NCBI GenBank assembly: GCA_010909165.1
Contig: MU008161.1
Span: forward strand, 1,178,001 to 1,242,000
Source of the DNA: Anthoceros angustus
Taxonomy: Eukaryota > Plantae > Anthocerotophyta
DNA length: 64,000 nt
Direction of reading: 5' to 3'
Under the pieces are notes generated by a model that ran no database searches, was not told where the DNA came from, and saw only the letters and a program-made list of their open reading frames with translations. A program made the position numbers and the translations under genes. Shown piece after piece: positions 51,333 through 64,000 of this stretch (the stretch's first letter is position 1; each line of letters starts with the position of its first letter).

Positions 51333-54300
51333 CTTCTTATGAGTGTTTTCGAAATAGTTCCCAAGAGTAACAAGGGGTTTATTGGTATAACCCTATGGAC
51401 CAATCACTATTGGGAGGGGTACCTCCCACCCCCCTTTACTCTGGCCCTTGGTGGCGTGTCTCTTGAGCCCTTCGAGGTGCTATTATAACCAGGAGTTTAT
51501 TGGTTAAACACTATAGACAGATCGCTATGGGATGAGGTATCTTCCACCCCCGGTTACTTTGGCCCTTGGTGGCCTCCCTATGAGCCATTAGAGGCCTGCC
51601 TATGAGCCCTTGGAAGCTGCCACGCAAAAAAGGGATGCTGTTGTAAGGTTTTGATCTATATCTCATATATATGATCTTTGATGTATGGCTCTTCCGGGTC
51701 CTCTAAATTATATGAAATATATAAAATATAGATACTCGATCAATTTTACCCAAACAAAACTCCCAAGCGCGGAATGTGCAAGGTGAGGGTCATGAAAACT
51801 GCGCGGCACCAAATTAGGGTTTATCGCCCGAGAAGCGCCGTATGTGGATGGCCTACAATCTGACCCGTCTCATAAATACTCCGAAGTTTCTCGGAAGTTT
51901 TCATGACTGACAACGGCCGTGCGGTGGGCCACGTACAATGTCTCTCTCTACGGCGTAGTCTTATGCCTATGTGAACATGTATATGATCATATGTCACATC
52001 CATGGCAATTCCGCGCGAGATACCATGCTGCATCGCGCGGACGCGGCATCGCAAGGGTCTGGAGCCAAGCACGGGCAAAGGGGGAGCTAAGGTCTCAACA
52101 CAAAAGGGAGGGAAAGCAAAACCGTGAAATCGGATCAACAAGCACCCTACCCCAGGGTGTCGAATCGTGGAGTTATTTGGATACCTGCAGCTGGTAGAAA
52201 GAACTTGAGACAGCCCGCATTGCCGATGGAGGAGCGGGAGGTTATCGCGCGGTCTCGAGACATGAACGCGCGGTAGCGCCACGCGGTTACCCAGATCAGT
52301 CATGGCATGCTGACATCTTTCCTCTCCCCTCTCTCTGTCTGCTCTCGCGTAGGAGAGAGAGGATGTACGCGCACGGCGCCGTTCTTACCAGACGGGATCA
52401 TACTGATACGTGGTCCGTCCATTTTGTCCTCCGCGATGACGTGGCTGTTGTTCCCGCACAACGGCCTTCAAGGCATGCCTGAGGCAATAATGCGCGCCCC
52501 AAAAACATTTACGCATTATTAAAATGCATATGCATCGGTGCAGATGGAGATGCATATGCGTGTAGGTTGACAACATGAGAGTATGGTTGTGCGTACGTGC
52601 AACGTTGTGTGGCCTTGGCTACAACGGTCCTCCCCGGACAGGGATAGGAGCCGTCCGAGTTGCCGTTGGGCTAAGATGCTAGCACCCATGCAACATGGCC
52701 TGAATGAAGCCAAAGCTCCTATTCCCCTGGTCATCGCCAAAATTCCATCAGTCTAGACTCCCGCGCCAGCAAAATACAAGAAAAAGCTGGAAATGGCGTG
52801 AGTAGGCGCTGAGCAGTGGAGGCAGGATCGTTGACATTGATGAGCAGCCAAGAGAATGATCCAAGCACGACTCCATGGAGCCTTGACAGAGGCCAGATGT
52901 GGGCACGAAACCCTAGGTAGTGGAGTCAGATATGTCTCCCTGTATGAACAGTTGCGAGCTTGGCTCCACGCACAGTAGTGACAAGGAAGGCAGCTACAGC
53001 ATGCACATATGTACATAACATACCTCACCAGTCTCCAAGCTCCAAGCCGGGCAGGCGTACGTCGTTCAAGGTTCCAAAGACTGTAATGTAATGCGGCATG
53101 CAGCCCTCAAGACGCGCAAGAGCACCATCTACCGGCACCATGAATGCGAGTCCAGTGTCCAGCGCTTGGAAGAGCTTGTCCTGCCCCTGCTCCCGCTGCC
53201 TTCCCTCTTTCCCCCCGGAGGCCGAGCCCGGGCCCCTGGGAGTTCCGAGTTCCCCGCCCTTCCCTCCAGAGCTCCAGGCTTTAAGAATCAAAAAGGCCAT
53301 GAAGAAGCGGCAACCGTACCAGTCCTGCCCCTGCACGACGCGTCGGCCCGCGAGTCCGGCCCGGGCTCGCCTCCTCCATTTGTGTGGACGAATGCTGGAA
53401 TCGAGGCGGGGAAAGCGCGTGGCTCTCTGTGTCTCTGCCACTGCAGCCTGCCGCTGCCGCTGCCGCTGCCCCCTGCCAGTGCCGGCCGGGCAGCCGGGGC
53501 CCGCCGCGATCAGGGCAGGCACTGCAGGCGCAGGTTCCTCCACCACCCATGCCTTTATGTACATATCTCTGCATAACAAAATGACGGACTGGATGCGCCA
53601 TCCCAGGCAACGACGCCCACCGCCAACATCATGCATGGACATGCTGATGCCCATGGCACACCTTCCCGCGTCCTTTTGCAATTATCCATAAATGCGACGG
53701 TTGCCTCAGAATAATCGCCCGCGAATCTCTCTCTCCTCCCCGTCGTATCCCGCGCAGTGCGCCCGGACCGGGACCGGGGGGCCGGGGCCGGGGCCGCGGC
53801 CGGTCTCCGGTCACCGGGGTCGTCCGGACCAGGTCCCCTTCCGGGCCCGAGCGAGGTGCGGCACGCCACGCACTTCTTGCTGATGGGGAATACGACACTG
53901 GACAGCCCGCCTGCCTCTGCCTCTGCCTCTGCCTCTCACTTTCTTTTATTTCCTGGCCTTGCGTTGCGTTTTAGGTACTCTTGGTTGCCTGGTCGTTCAA
54001 TGGCCACATTGCACCTACGGAGTAAATCCACCCGCAACGCCCACGACATGCGATGCGATGCGATGCGAGCCGATCCTCCCTTCCCCGCCCTTCCACGCCT
54101 GCCACAATGGACGCGTCCTCCTCTTCTGCACCATCGCCACCTCGCCTGATGATGAAGCAAAGCTCCTAGTGTTGTGTTACAGTGTGTGTGTGACAGTGTG
54201 ACGACCATGGCTGCCTCGCGGAAAGCGCTCTGACAAGGCCCTTTCCACCGAGTGGGGCCACACCCGACGCGCTGCCTGCCTGCTGCCTGCAGCTTGCTCC

Positions 54301-54985
54301 ACCGCTCTCTCCGCTTCCCCCGTCCGGCTTCTCCACCGCGTTTCTGTAACCTACGCTCGCGCACGCATTTTGTATGATGTTTGCAGCTGGATTGCATTTT
54401 GCTGCTGCTGGCGGGCCCTTGTTCCTGTGGTGAAGCGGCCCACTTCGGGCCTCGGGATGCCTGTGCATCTCCGCCGACAAGGCTACGCTACGCTGTTCCT
54501 GTTGCTGGTTGCTGTTGAGGCTGCCGTTGCCCTTGCCGTTGCCGCTGCTCAGGGAGGGACATTCTGAGAGAGAGATTACAGTGTACGATAATACTACAGG
54601 AGGTACACTGGTCGGCGGGCTCGCCAGCCTTCTCTTCTCTTCTCTTCTCGGCCTCTTTGTTGGGTGGCCCTTCGCCTTCGCCATTGCCGCTGGCTGCCCT
54701 TCTCTCTCTCCCCCGGCTTCCCTCCCGTTTCCGAATCCTGTGCAGCTGCAGGCTGTGTGCCAGCCAACGGCGGGGCGGTGCCCGGGCTGCGCCACCTGTT
54801 AGGTTTTGCACACTCTAGTCTACTCCACCGCTGCCTCGCCTGCTCTTCCTCCTCCACCCTTCTCCTTCAACGCTGTTGCTGCCATGCGGTTGCAAGCTTC
54901 TTGGAGAACGGGAATGTGAGGAATTGTGTGCACGCACACCTTCCTCTGGGAATTGTTTCCCGAATCTTCTTGCAACCGGCTGCTG

Positions 54986-55021
<36 letters not shown>

Positions 55022-55166
55022 ACCGCTTTCGGTTGCCCTGCTTTGCTTCTCTTTGCTTGCACTGCTTTGGCGCTTCCCCACGCATTCTGTCGTTGGCGGA
55101 GGCGGAGGCGGAGGCAGGCCAGGCCAGGGGACGGGAAGGTGGAGAGGTAGATAGGGCTCCGGTTCG

Positions 55167-58100
55167 ATGCGGAAAATTTTCCCTCTCAAGCCAGCTTCGC
55201 GGTCCAATGGCGGCGGCGCGCAATCGGCGTCCGGGGATGCTGCTGCCTCCAGGAAGGAACGGGAGACCATCACCAAGCAGAGGCGCTTCAGCTTTCAGGA
55301 CAAGGTAGAGGCTGTCCCCGCCAATTCGGCTTCGGCTTCGGCTTCGGCTTCAGCGCACTCGCACTCGCACTCGCACGACGATGGTGCTGCTGCTCGGCTG
55401 AAGCGGGAGCATTGGTGCCCGGTGTGCCCCGCCCCCCGCGCGGATGTGAGCTGTGCAACGCCTCCCAGCGGCGATGAAAATTTTGCCGCGCTCGAAGAAA
55501 TCAAGACCTTGGTGGTGGCAAAGAATGAGGCGGCCGAGTTGTCGTTTCTTCACTCGCACGGGCTCAGTCACAGGACCTTCTCCGACACCTCCTCTACCTC
55601 CTCCTCGGAGGTGATCAAGGGCGTCCTCAAGCCTCTGTCTTGGAAGGGGAATGAGGGCCCGGGGCCCGGGCCTGCGCAGCCCCGCTACAACCACAACAAC
55701 AGCAACGTTGCTCCTGTTCCCGCTCCCTCTGCCAGGTATGGCTTTACACTAGTACGTTGTGTGCACGGGAGATGTCTGTCCTGCTGTTTGCTTGCTGCCA
55801 TGGCATGCCATGCAGTAGTTCTTCACTTAGAACAGCATTCGGCACCTTGCGCACCGCAATTGCTCGCTGACGCTGGGCTACGGATTTCTTGCTCGTCTTG
55901 GCATGTGCTCACGATCGCTGGTCTTGCCATGCACTGTGGAGCAGGCTGCAGGCACCGAGCTTGAGTGCGCAGGAGAGAGGGGACAGGCGGAGCAGCAGTA
56001 GGGGCAAAATGCAGCCGGCGCCTCCCAGGTCCAGCAGCGCCCCCAAGGTGCGACACCAATCGAGCCGCCAGGCAGACCAGCAGCAGCAGCAGCAGCAGCA
56101 GCTCTCTTCTTTGCGTCACAGTTCCATGCGCCTGTTCAAGGTTCCCGATAGGGTTTTCCAGGCGGCCTCGTCGGAGGAAGACAGGGCGGAGGAGGGGCAG
56201 CCCGGTGGTCACGAGGTTGTGCTGCTGCAGCGCCCGCCCGGGAGGTGGGAGAAGGAGCAGAAGCCCGCCACCAGCACCGGCACTGCCAACTCGTTGCGGG
56301 CCAGATTGCAGCACCGGCAAGCGGAAGGGGATGGCTGCCGCCCGGACTCCCCGCCGGCGGGCCGCTCCTCTTCCGGGGCCATGCACGCTCGCTCCAGGAG
56401 CGAGAGCGAGTGGCTGCCTTCCCCGGCGGTTTCTCCCAGGGCGGTCTCCTCCAAGCATTCTGACAAGCCGCACTCGCGGTATCTCAGTGCGCGGACCGTG
56501 GCGGAGAGGTTGGCCAAGGCCATCAGGGGGAGCACCAGATCTTGGTCCAAGGACGTGAAGGCCTTGGTGCCGGCGTCGGAGAATGCGGAGCTGAATCGCA
56601 AGGTGGGAGAGGAGGAAATTACGTCTCGGAGTCAGGATGGGGAGCAGGAGCAGGGGCCGGAGCAGAGCTGCTCGACGGGCACCACGGACTCCACCACGCC
56701 CACGCCGCCTTCTGCCGGAGGCTCGGCTTCTGTGGAGGAGTGTGAGGAGCAGACGCTGCTTGTGGACTCCAAGACGTCTCAAGATTGGCTGGATTCCAGC
56801 TCCGACAGCCGGGGTGGTCGGTCGCAGACTCCTGAGAGCTGCGGGAGCAAGACCGGGGTTGAGAGGACTGCGCTTCTGGCGGAGCTGGGGAAGACGTTGG
56901 AGTCGCAGCTGGATTCTGGGCGGTGGCGGGGGAATGTGAGCTCGCCCCGCCTGGCGCTGGCTCTGCGGCAGCAGGACGAGGGCAATGACAACAGGCTCAC
57001 CCCGCGCCTGGTTACCGTGCTCCCTGATGAGGCTGCCAAGGAGAAGTCGAAGCGGCTATCCGACTCGTTGGGTGCGGAGGACCTGGACGACAAGGTCCGG
57101 GCTGCGGAGGAGCAAGTGTCCATGCTCGCGGCGGAGAAGGCGTTGCTCGAGGACCAGTTCGAGCTCATCACTGAAGACAGTATGGAGTGGAGGATCAAGA
57201 TGCAGCAGCGTCTCAGGCGGATGCACGAGGAGAAGAAACGTCTGGCTCATGATTTTGCGGCTGAAGTGAAGAGGAGGGTGACGGAACGGGCGGCGGCAAA
57301 GGAGGTGCTCAGTCTGATGAAGAAGGAAATGGAGTCCTGCATGACTGTGATGGAGAGGGAGAAGTTCGAGACCCAAATCACGTTAGAGCAGGAGTTGGAA
57401 AGGCGGGAGACCACCTGGGGGTCCAGGCTGGAGAAGATTCAGGTGGAGGAGAACTGGTTGCGTGATAGACTCAAGGGGCTGGAGGACGAGAAGGGTGGCT
57501 TGCAGAGGGAGCTGGCTAATGTGAATTCCAAGGAGAATGCTCTGCGAGAGAAGGTGAGTGAATTTGAGCAGCAGATGGATGGGCACAGGAAAAGAGTGGA
57601 GGGCGCCGAGAAGACCATCATGGATCTCAGAAAATCATTAGATGACAGTTTCAAGCATGCTCGTCAGACGGAGGCGGATGTGGAACTGTTGCGCAAAGCC
57701 TGTAAGGAGAAGGAAGGGGAGAACGCCGACCTTCACAAGCAGGTCCAAAGACTGCACCAACTCTGCCAAGATCATGAGAAAAGCGTTCATGGCCTTCGGC
57801 AGGGCATGAAGAATGCCGCAGACAAGTCGGACGAGGATGCCAGAGTGCGTCGGCTGCAGAAGGAGCTTATACGACTGAGTGGGGTGGAGCAAGCTTTGCG
57901 CAGTGAGCTAGAGGCTTCCAGAGGCGAGTCGACTGTGCTTAGGCGTGAGAACAAGGGGTTGCTGGAGAGGCTGCGCGGTGATCAGAGGGATGTAGCTGTC
58001 CAGATGAAGAAGTTTGATTCGGATCATCGGGCGGAAGTGGAACGCCTGCAGAGCCAAATCGTGGAATTGGGACAGGACAACAACATACTTGCTGGGAAAT

Positions 58101-59639
58101 TGAGGATTGTGCTTCGAGAACGTGAAGAGGCTCGAGATGCTTTGAAGGTCTCCGAGTCCTGCATGAACGGGGTGGAAGAGCAGAACAGGAGTTTGCAGGA
58201 GGATCTTCGGAGGGAGAGAACGAGAATACAAGACATGCAGAAGGACCTGCAGGAGGTGCAGAGATTGGAGAGGAGGGTTGAGTCTCTTGCTAAGCAAAAC
58301 CAAATGCTGCAAAGTATCCTTGCGATGAAGGAGAAAACTGTCCATGCCACTGGGGAGGAGGTGAAGGAAAGAGAGAATCAAATGAGGGAGGCTCAGCAAA
58401 CGCAAGCTGAACTGAGGCAAAGTCTGCAGGTAAATCTGTCTGCCAGATGGCCTGCTCTGAACACTGTACCTCCTCCTCCTGCACTCACATTCTAGTTTGT
58501 GCTCGTTTGTGGGTGCATGTGCTGACTCTAATCTGTCATTTCAGGTTTCTGCTCGGCAGTTATACATCATGAATGAGAGGGCTGAAATGATGGCAAACAA
58601 ATTACTTCAGCAGGAATCTCAGGTGGCAAAGGCAAGGACTGAGTGTGAACAGCGAGAAGAGGTCATTCGAGGACTGGAGGATAATCTTAGTGAACTGGCT
58701 AAGCAAGTGGACAGTCAAAATGCACGAATACACAGACTGACTGGGAACAACGAGGAGCTATTCAGGTTATACCATGAGAAAGGCAAAGAGATTGAGGAGT
58801 TGCAGCAGAAGCTGTTAAAAGAGATTGAGGCGAAACTGGAGCACGAGCAAGAAATTGATCAGGTATGGACCTTGTGAACTGCACAAAGAGGAGGAGGACG
58901 TCCTGGAAAAAGACGTCCTTCTCTTTTCCTTTTTTTTTGTGATGACTTGGATCTACATCTATCCTGCATTCACGGAGGACGTGGATTCTCACGAACTCCT
59001 GATCCAATCTAACGATTTTGTCTTTGCTCCTAGCTCAATGAGAACATCCGGGAGCTTAAAAATGAGGTGAAAGCGCAGGAGCTCAACTGCAAGTTACTAC
59101 GAGACAAACTATGTTCAAGAGAAGCTGACATTGAAGACAGCAACAAGGAGTTGTCACTATTGGTGCAAAGGCGAGACTGGCTGCAGAACGAGCTGCAGCA
59201 GACCCGAAAAATGCTTGCAGATGCGAACAGGAGACTGGAGATCCTCGAGCAACAGGTGCGGGAATCTTATTCCTACACTCAACATGGGCTTGCCTAGCGT
59301 GTAGTACTCGCTTCCAGTACAGAATCGCAGCACTGTTGGCATCCAATAACTTGTTTCCACTTGCAGGTGAAGGAAAAGGACGCAAAAATAACCATGCTGC
59401 AAACACAGGTTGATGAACAGATGAAACAACTCACCATTTTCAAGGAAGAGATCCCCAGGATAACTAAGGAGAGGGACAACATGCAGCAAGAGGCAGAAGA
59501 GATGGGCAGGGAAGCGTTAAGAATGAGTGCCGAAGTGGAGGTGTTGAGACGGAAGGTGGTCCAGCTGGATGAGGATGTGATGGTGAAGGAGGGCCAAATA
59601 TCAATCCTACGCGGGAATTACGAGGGATCGTGCGACTGA
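55167..59639 (+). CDS. Long coiled-coil protein resembling the Arabidopsis At3g55060/At2g39300 family; exons 55167-55735, 55945-58429, 58545-58862, 59034-59255, 59367-59639
   Basis: In-frame GT-AG splicing; LEQELERRETTWGSRLEK, RLSGVEQALR.E.E..R.E...LR.EN..LL.RL and C-terminal LDEDVMVKEGQISIL recalled from that family. Confidence 0.8.
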
Positions 59640-60038
59640 AGAGTTCCAAGGACCGACGCCAACTGTATTCTACATTTTTGAAGCAAAGCTTCTCCAGATG
59701 ACCGCCTCCATTTATTCATCAATTTTGGTCCTTCTGTCTTGTACTTTAAACTCCAGAGTAGAATTCTGTACAGTACATATGTCATGTCACTACTACATAC
59801 AACCAGTAGTAGACCACTGGTTGTGCTACATACTTCCAGTAGGCTGGCTGTAAGATTTGCTCCTTCCAGCAGTTGTTACTAGGTACAGTAGTCTACTGTC
59901 TGCTGGTAAACACTTGTCTCCTTGCCGGTATCTGTGGCAGTCAGCCTGACAGGTTACTGCCCAAGCTGATGAGAACTACATCTCGCCTTCGGTAGTCCTT
60001 GAATTTCCCTCCACATTTGTTTGAGTAGGAGATTGATT

Positions 60039-60122
60039 GATTAGGTGGATTGGTGGACGCTGTACCCTGAGGAGGTTGATGGATTAGGTGGATGGTTGGA
60101 CGCTGCACCCTGACGACTTGAT
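60039..60122. repeat. ~43-bp tandem repeat upstream of LSMT
   Basis: GATTAGGTGGAT..TGGACGCTG.ACCCTGA x2. Confidence 0.8.
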
Positions 60123-60408
60123 CATTAGCACAAGCGCGGAAGATCTTTTGCGTGTTTCAGGCTCATCACCCTTCTCCACAAACGAGCGGCTGGCTCCACC
60201 ATCTTTGTCCACTAGGTACCTACCTAGTACGTCACGATAAGCTCCGGTTTCCCGCATCACAGGCTCTGGCTGTTGGCGGCAAAATATTATATTCAAACTG
60301 GACCTGGTCAGGACCGGGCTGGCTACCTGGCAGGTAGGCAAACCGGTAACTTCAACCCCGGGCTGCCCCGTTTCACGCCGGACAGGAGCTGGGTGAGGAC
60401 CGACGGCG

Positions 60409-62721
60409 ATGGCGGCCATGGCAGCTGCAGGAACACTGCGCAGCAGCGTGCACATCTGCTCGTTGCCCGCAGCGACAGCAAGCAGGAGCAGAAGCCGGGG
60501 CCGGCCGAGCGTGGTAGCCCTACGAGCAGCGCAAGCGCCAACTGTTACCACGTCCAGTCAGGTCAGTTCCGGTGTCACCAGCGGCCTGGTTGTGGAATGG
60601 AAGCAGTGCCGTCACGGATCGGTTGTTTCCATCTGTGGCTGCGCAGGAAGAAAAGGTGCAGAGGCTCTGGACATGGCTCCGCGAAAACGGTGTTGCCGCT
60701 GGGCCCGTGCGGCCTGCTTCTGTGCCGGAAGGGTTGGGGTTGGTAGCAGAGAAAAGCGTGGGGGATGGAGAAGAGGTGCTGGCTGTGCCATCCGCGTTAT
60801 GGATAAATGCAGGCGCAGCTAGGGCCAGCAGGGAAGTCGGGCGCCTGTGCGAGGGGAAGAAGCCGTGGATCGCCATCGCGCTATTTCTTCTTCATGAGAA
60901 GTCGGTTCCGGATTCTAAATGGCGTCCTTATTTGGACGCGCTGCCGGATAAGCTGGATTCGCCCCTCTTTTGGTAAGTGTGGAGACGAGCTTATGGATTT
61001 GAGCTCAGTCGGGCTGGAGCAGAGGGTGCTGATTTTCCTGATCGATTGTGGTCGCGGGGCTGCAGGTCAGATGAAGAATTGGCAGAGCTTCAAGGTGAAC
61101 AGCTGATTATGAGTGGCGTGGGCACATCTTTGAGACTAGCAACAATGGTGCTGTTCATTTTGACCTTTCCCCGCTGAAGTATGCGGTTGACCAGCGAGCT
61201 CGGTTTGTGCGAGCAGGCTCGCAGCTGCTGACATCCACCTTGGGGTACAAGGAGTATGTCGAGAGCGAGTACAAGATACTGAAGGAGGAGTTGTCTAAGT
61301 TAAATTCTGGTCTCAAGGATATTACCTTGAATGATCTCGTTTGGACATTCGGGATGCTTCGATCACGTTCGTTTGCTCCCTTGACAGGCGATGATCTTGC
61401 TTTGGTTCCTTTTGCTGACCTGGTAGGTGATCTGCGCCTTACGTCTTGTTGGTTTGGTTCCGTCTGGCTATGTACTAAGCTTGTCCGTTGCAGGTCAACC
61501 ATGGAAGTGGCTTGAAAGAACGCTCCAGCTGGGAAAAGAAAAGCGCAGGCTTCTTTTCTCAGCAAAGTGTGCTTGCCGTTCGTTCTGGGTCTAGTTGCAG
61601 GGCTGGAGAGCAGGTATTAGATCATTTTCTGTAGTTGGTCTGAAAGCCTTTGCAGGTACCAGCTGTATCCTGGTCATTCTCGTGTGAAACCTGTCTCTCC
61701 GACCTGCAGGTCTTGATGCAATACGGGCAAGATAAAAGTAATGCACAACTAGCTTTGGATTACGGCTTTGTTGAAAGGGATACAGGGTTGAATGGAATAC
61801 CAAGTACCTCTCGCGACAAGTTCACACTTACCCTTGAAATCCCAGAATCTGATCGATTCCTGGACGATAAGCTGGATATATGCCAGGTCAACAAGCGGGA
61901 GAGTACTGTGTATTATGATTTAGTGGCAGGTGAAGGTCCTTCAGAAGATATGTTGACCTTTCTTAGGCTAACTGTGCTTGGCGGAGCTGATGCCTTCCAT
62001 CTAGAGGTGGGTCTCTACTGCTGCTTTTTCCTTGGTTTCTGTTCCTATTTTCATGTTACATGGTTGTCCAGCTTTGAGATTGTGGACTACTGTATCCGCA
62101 CATGCATTGCCGCTCCTCAGCTTCTTGTAAATCTTGTGCATGACGCAGGCTCTTTTCCGGAATGCGGTGTGGGAGCATCTTCAGTATCCGATAAGCCGAG
62201 AGAATGAAGAAGCTATCTGTCGCAGTATCTTGGAAGGTTGTTCGACTGCCTTGTCAGGCTACTCCACCTCCGTTCAGGAGGTAAGACAGAGATTCACTGG
62301 GTGCTATCTTTTATCGATGTCCACACTTCTTTGGGTCCCGCCAGGTTGAACATCCGCTTATCAAACAATGTATCACCCAAGTATGTGGACTTAGTGACGA
62401 TCGCCTTGGGCTTGCCAGGATGTAGAGCTATTGAACTCAGGCCCGTTAAGCTCCAGAAGGGAGATAGCTGCAGTAGTAAGGCTCGGTGAAAAGCGCGTTC
62501 TCCGCGAGTTGCAGACTTGGTTTGAAGGGCGTTTGGCAAATCTTGACAAACTGGAGTACTACGCTGAACGAAGACTGAAAGACTTGGGGCTTGTTGATGA
62601 CAGAGGATACGAAACTCCTTGGGTGAGTTCTTGGTATTCCTTCGTTTCAATTAGCTCAAACATTTCACATGCCAAGGAGCCTAAAACCGTTGCGCTTCCT
62701 ATGCAGGTTTTCAATGACTAG
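60409..62721 (+). CDS. LSMT: Chloroplast Rubisco-LSU/aldolase lysine N-methyltransferase (SET domain); exons 60409-60561, 60647-60972, 61066-61094, 61217-61422, 61494-61613, 61710-62006, 62149-62280, 62419-62622, 62707-62721
   Basis: VPEGLGLVA, KPWIAIALFLL.EK, FGMLRSRSF, LVPFADLVNH, QYGQDKSNAQLALDYGF, DRFLDDKLDI, LEYYAERRLKDLGL. Confidence 0.93.
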
Positions 62722-64000
62722 TGTATTCTCGCAGTCGCCTCCTGATGCAACTTCATGCTGGGCACAGACGCGCATCGAGTCTCCACGGAAGTAGGCTTGA
62801 TTACCTCATCTCATGCTCCTCATCACGCTCTTAAAATTGTGTTTTCCTCACATCGTATCTGCTAACTAGTGCTGGTTCCCACCTGCCATCAGGTGAATGG
62901 GCTGTCCGCCGACTTGTATTCCGTCTTATTAGCTCTAATGCGGAAGGCTGGTGAAAAGGAGGAACCAAAAGAACCACCGTAAGCTTGAATTCTCTTCTTC
63001 AATAGAAACTCCCTTCGCCCAATCGGTTCCGTTTACTTCCATGTACTGTGAGGTGATATCCGGATGTCCCAAATATAAAAGTACCTACCTGTTCTAGAAG
63101 ACTTATTGTTTGAGGGTATGGATTGATCCTCCAACAGGAAAAGGCCACCGACGCTTTGCCTCCGTTGGTTGCCGCGGACGTACTTGAGAGGGCGATGTGA
63201 GCTGGTGCCTTCCATAGTAGTAAAACTGGTTAGGAGTTGGAGGTTGGCTGGATAGCTACACGTATCTCTTTATGAAGGGAAGAGATAGGTGACCCATCTA
63301 CTAAAAGACATCAGGGAGACCCCAGGGGTGAACTCCAAAATCCGCAACCTTGGAGGTTCTCCAAATCAGAGAAGTATAAAGCAGGTGAGCCCCTACAGAA
63401 ACAAGACTCTCGGCACTTGAAGAGCTTGACACTCAATCCCAAGGAAAGACACAAGCTCGCGCAGGGAGTTAGTCATGTGAATAGCCCTCTAGTGAAAAAG
63501 GGCAAAGAGAGCAGGGATAGAAAGATGGTAAAAGATAGGGTGTTTGGAGGTTGGGGTGGATTCTACATATGGTGGGGCAGGCGCGCTGATGAGGTTCAGC
63601 ACGGAAAGCGGCGGCACCTGAGGAAGGTGACGCAGGCGAGCTACTGGTACTCCCTCGACTATAGGTACGTACCGAGGTTATGCGCGTGGCGAGCATCCAC
63701 AGTTCCGACCGGCCGCGTCCCGTCCGTAAGGCCCGTTTCCCGTTTGCCTCTTGAAGTATGGCGGGTGTGGGTGTGGCTGTGTGTGTGTGCCAGGCTCCAT
63801 GTATCAAAAGAGCTCCCCGCCTGCTGCTGCTGCTGCTGCTGCTGCTCACCAGAATTTTGCGTGAAAGACATGTGTGGATGCTCTCAGGTTTCCCCCCGAG
63901 GGCGGGGGGGCGCGAATGCCCAGATCGCCTTCCCAAGAGAGCCACAGCAGAGCGGGTGTGGAGGAAGGGCTTCTGATTGGCTGTGAGGTGGCAGGTGACC

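Noticed and set aside
52936-52946. Partial miR160-like match (CTCCCTGTATG)
   Set aside because: Only 11 nt match and no complementary arm seen.
55823-58420. Several minus-strand ORFs up to 319 aa
   Set aside because: Antisense shadows of the coiled-coil gene.
63417-63986. 189-aa ORF at the window end
   Set aside because: Low-complexity, microsatellite-containing sequence with no domain; probably promoter or 5' UTR of the next gene.

Overview
Eukaryotic (land-plant) nuclear DNA. The compact genes with ~80-200 bp GT-AG introns suggest a seedless plant such as a bryophyte or lycophyte, but the species cannot be fixed from this window. Positions 1-26.5 kb are a transposon island. It holds a minus-strand Ty3/Gypsy element with a ~3 kb 5' LTR (PPT, tRNA-Asp-like PBS, gag-pol relics), a ~1.35 kb foldback built from nested CATGGGCCAAGGACAA palindromes, a CACTA/En-Spm element (TnpD and TnpA relics with internal tandem duplications), and Ty1/Copia remnants with tRNA-Met PBSs. 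Positions 27-64 kb are gene-dense: a cationic amino-acid transporter (CAT), plastid ribosomal protein L10, a GT61 glycosyltransferase, a DCN1-like pseudogene, an intronless AVT6-type amino-acid transporter, two CRE-clade (restriction-like endonuclease) non-LTR retroelement copies, a long coiled-coil protein gene and chloroplast LSMT. Three signals stand out. (i) The Gypsy LTR carries two copies of the motif that forms the adjacent foldback array, set between divergent TATA boxes and followed by ~2 kb of coding-like sequence inside the LTR. (ii) A Copia LTR contains a decayed 3' tail of the CRE LINE, with its AATAAA in sense orientation. (iii) All three CRE 3' junctions are similar. Many frameshifts in the repeats may be long-read consensus errors. 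All family assignments come from motif recognition by eye; no database searches were run.
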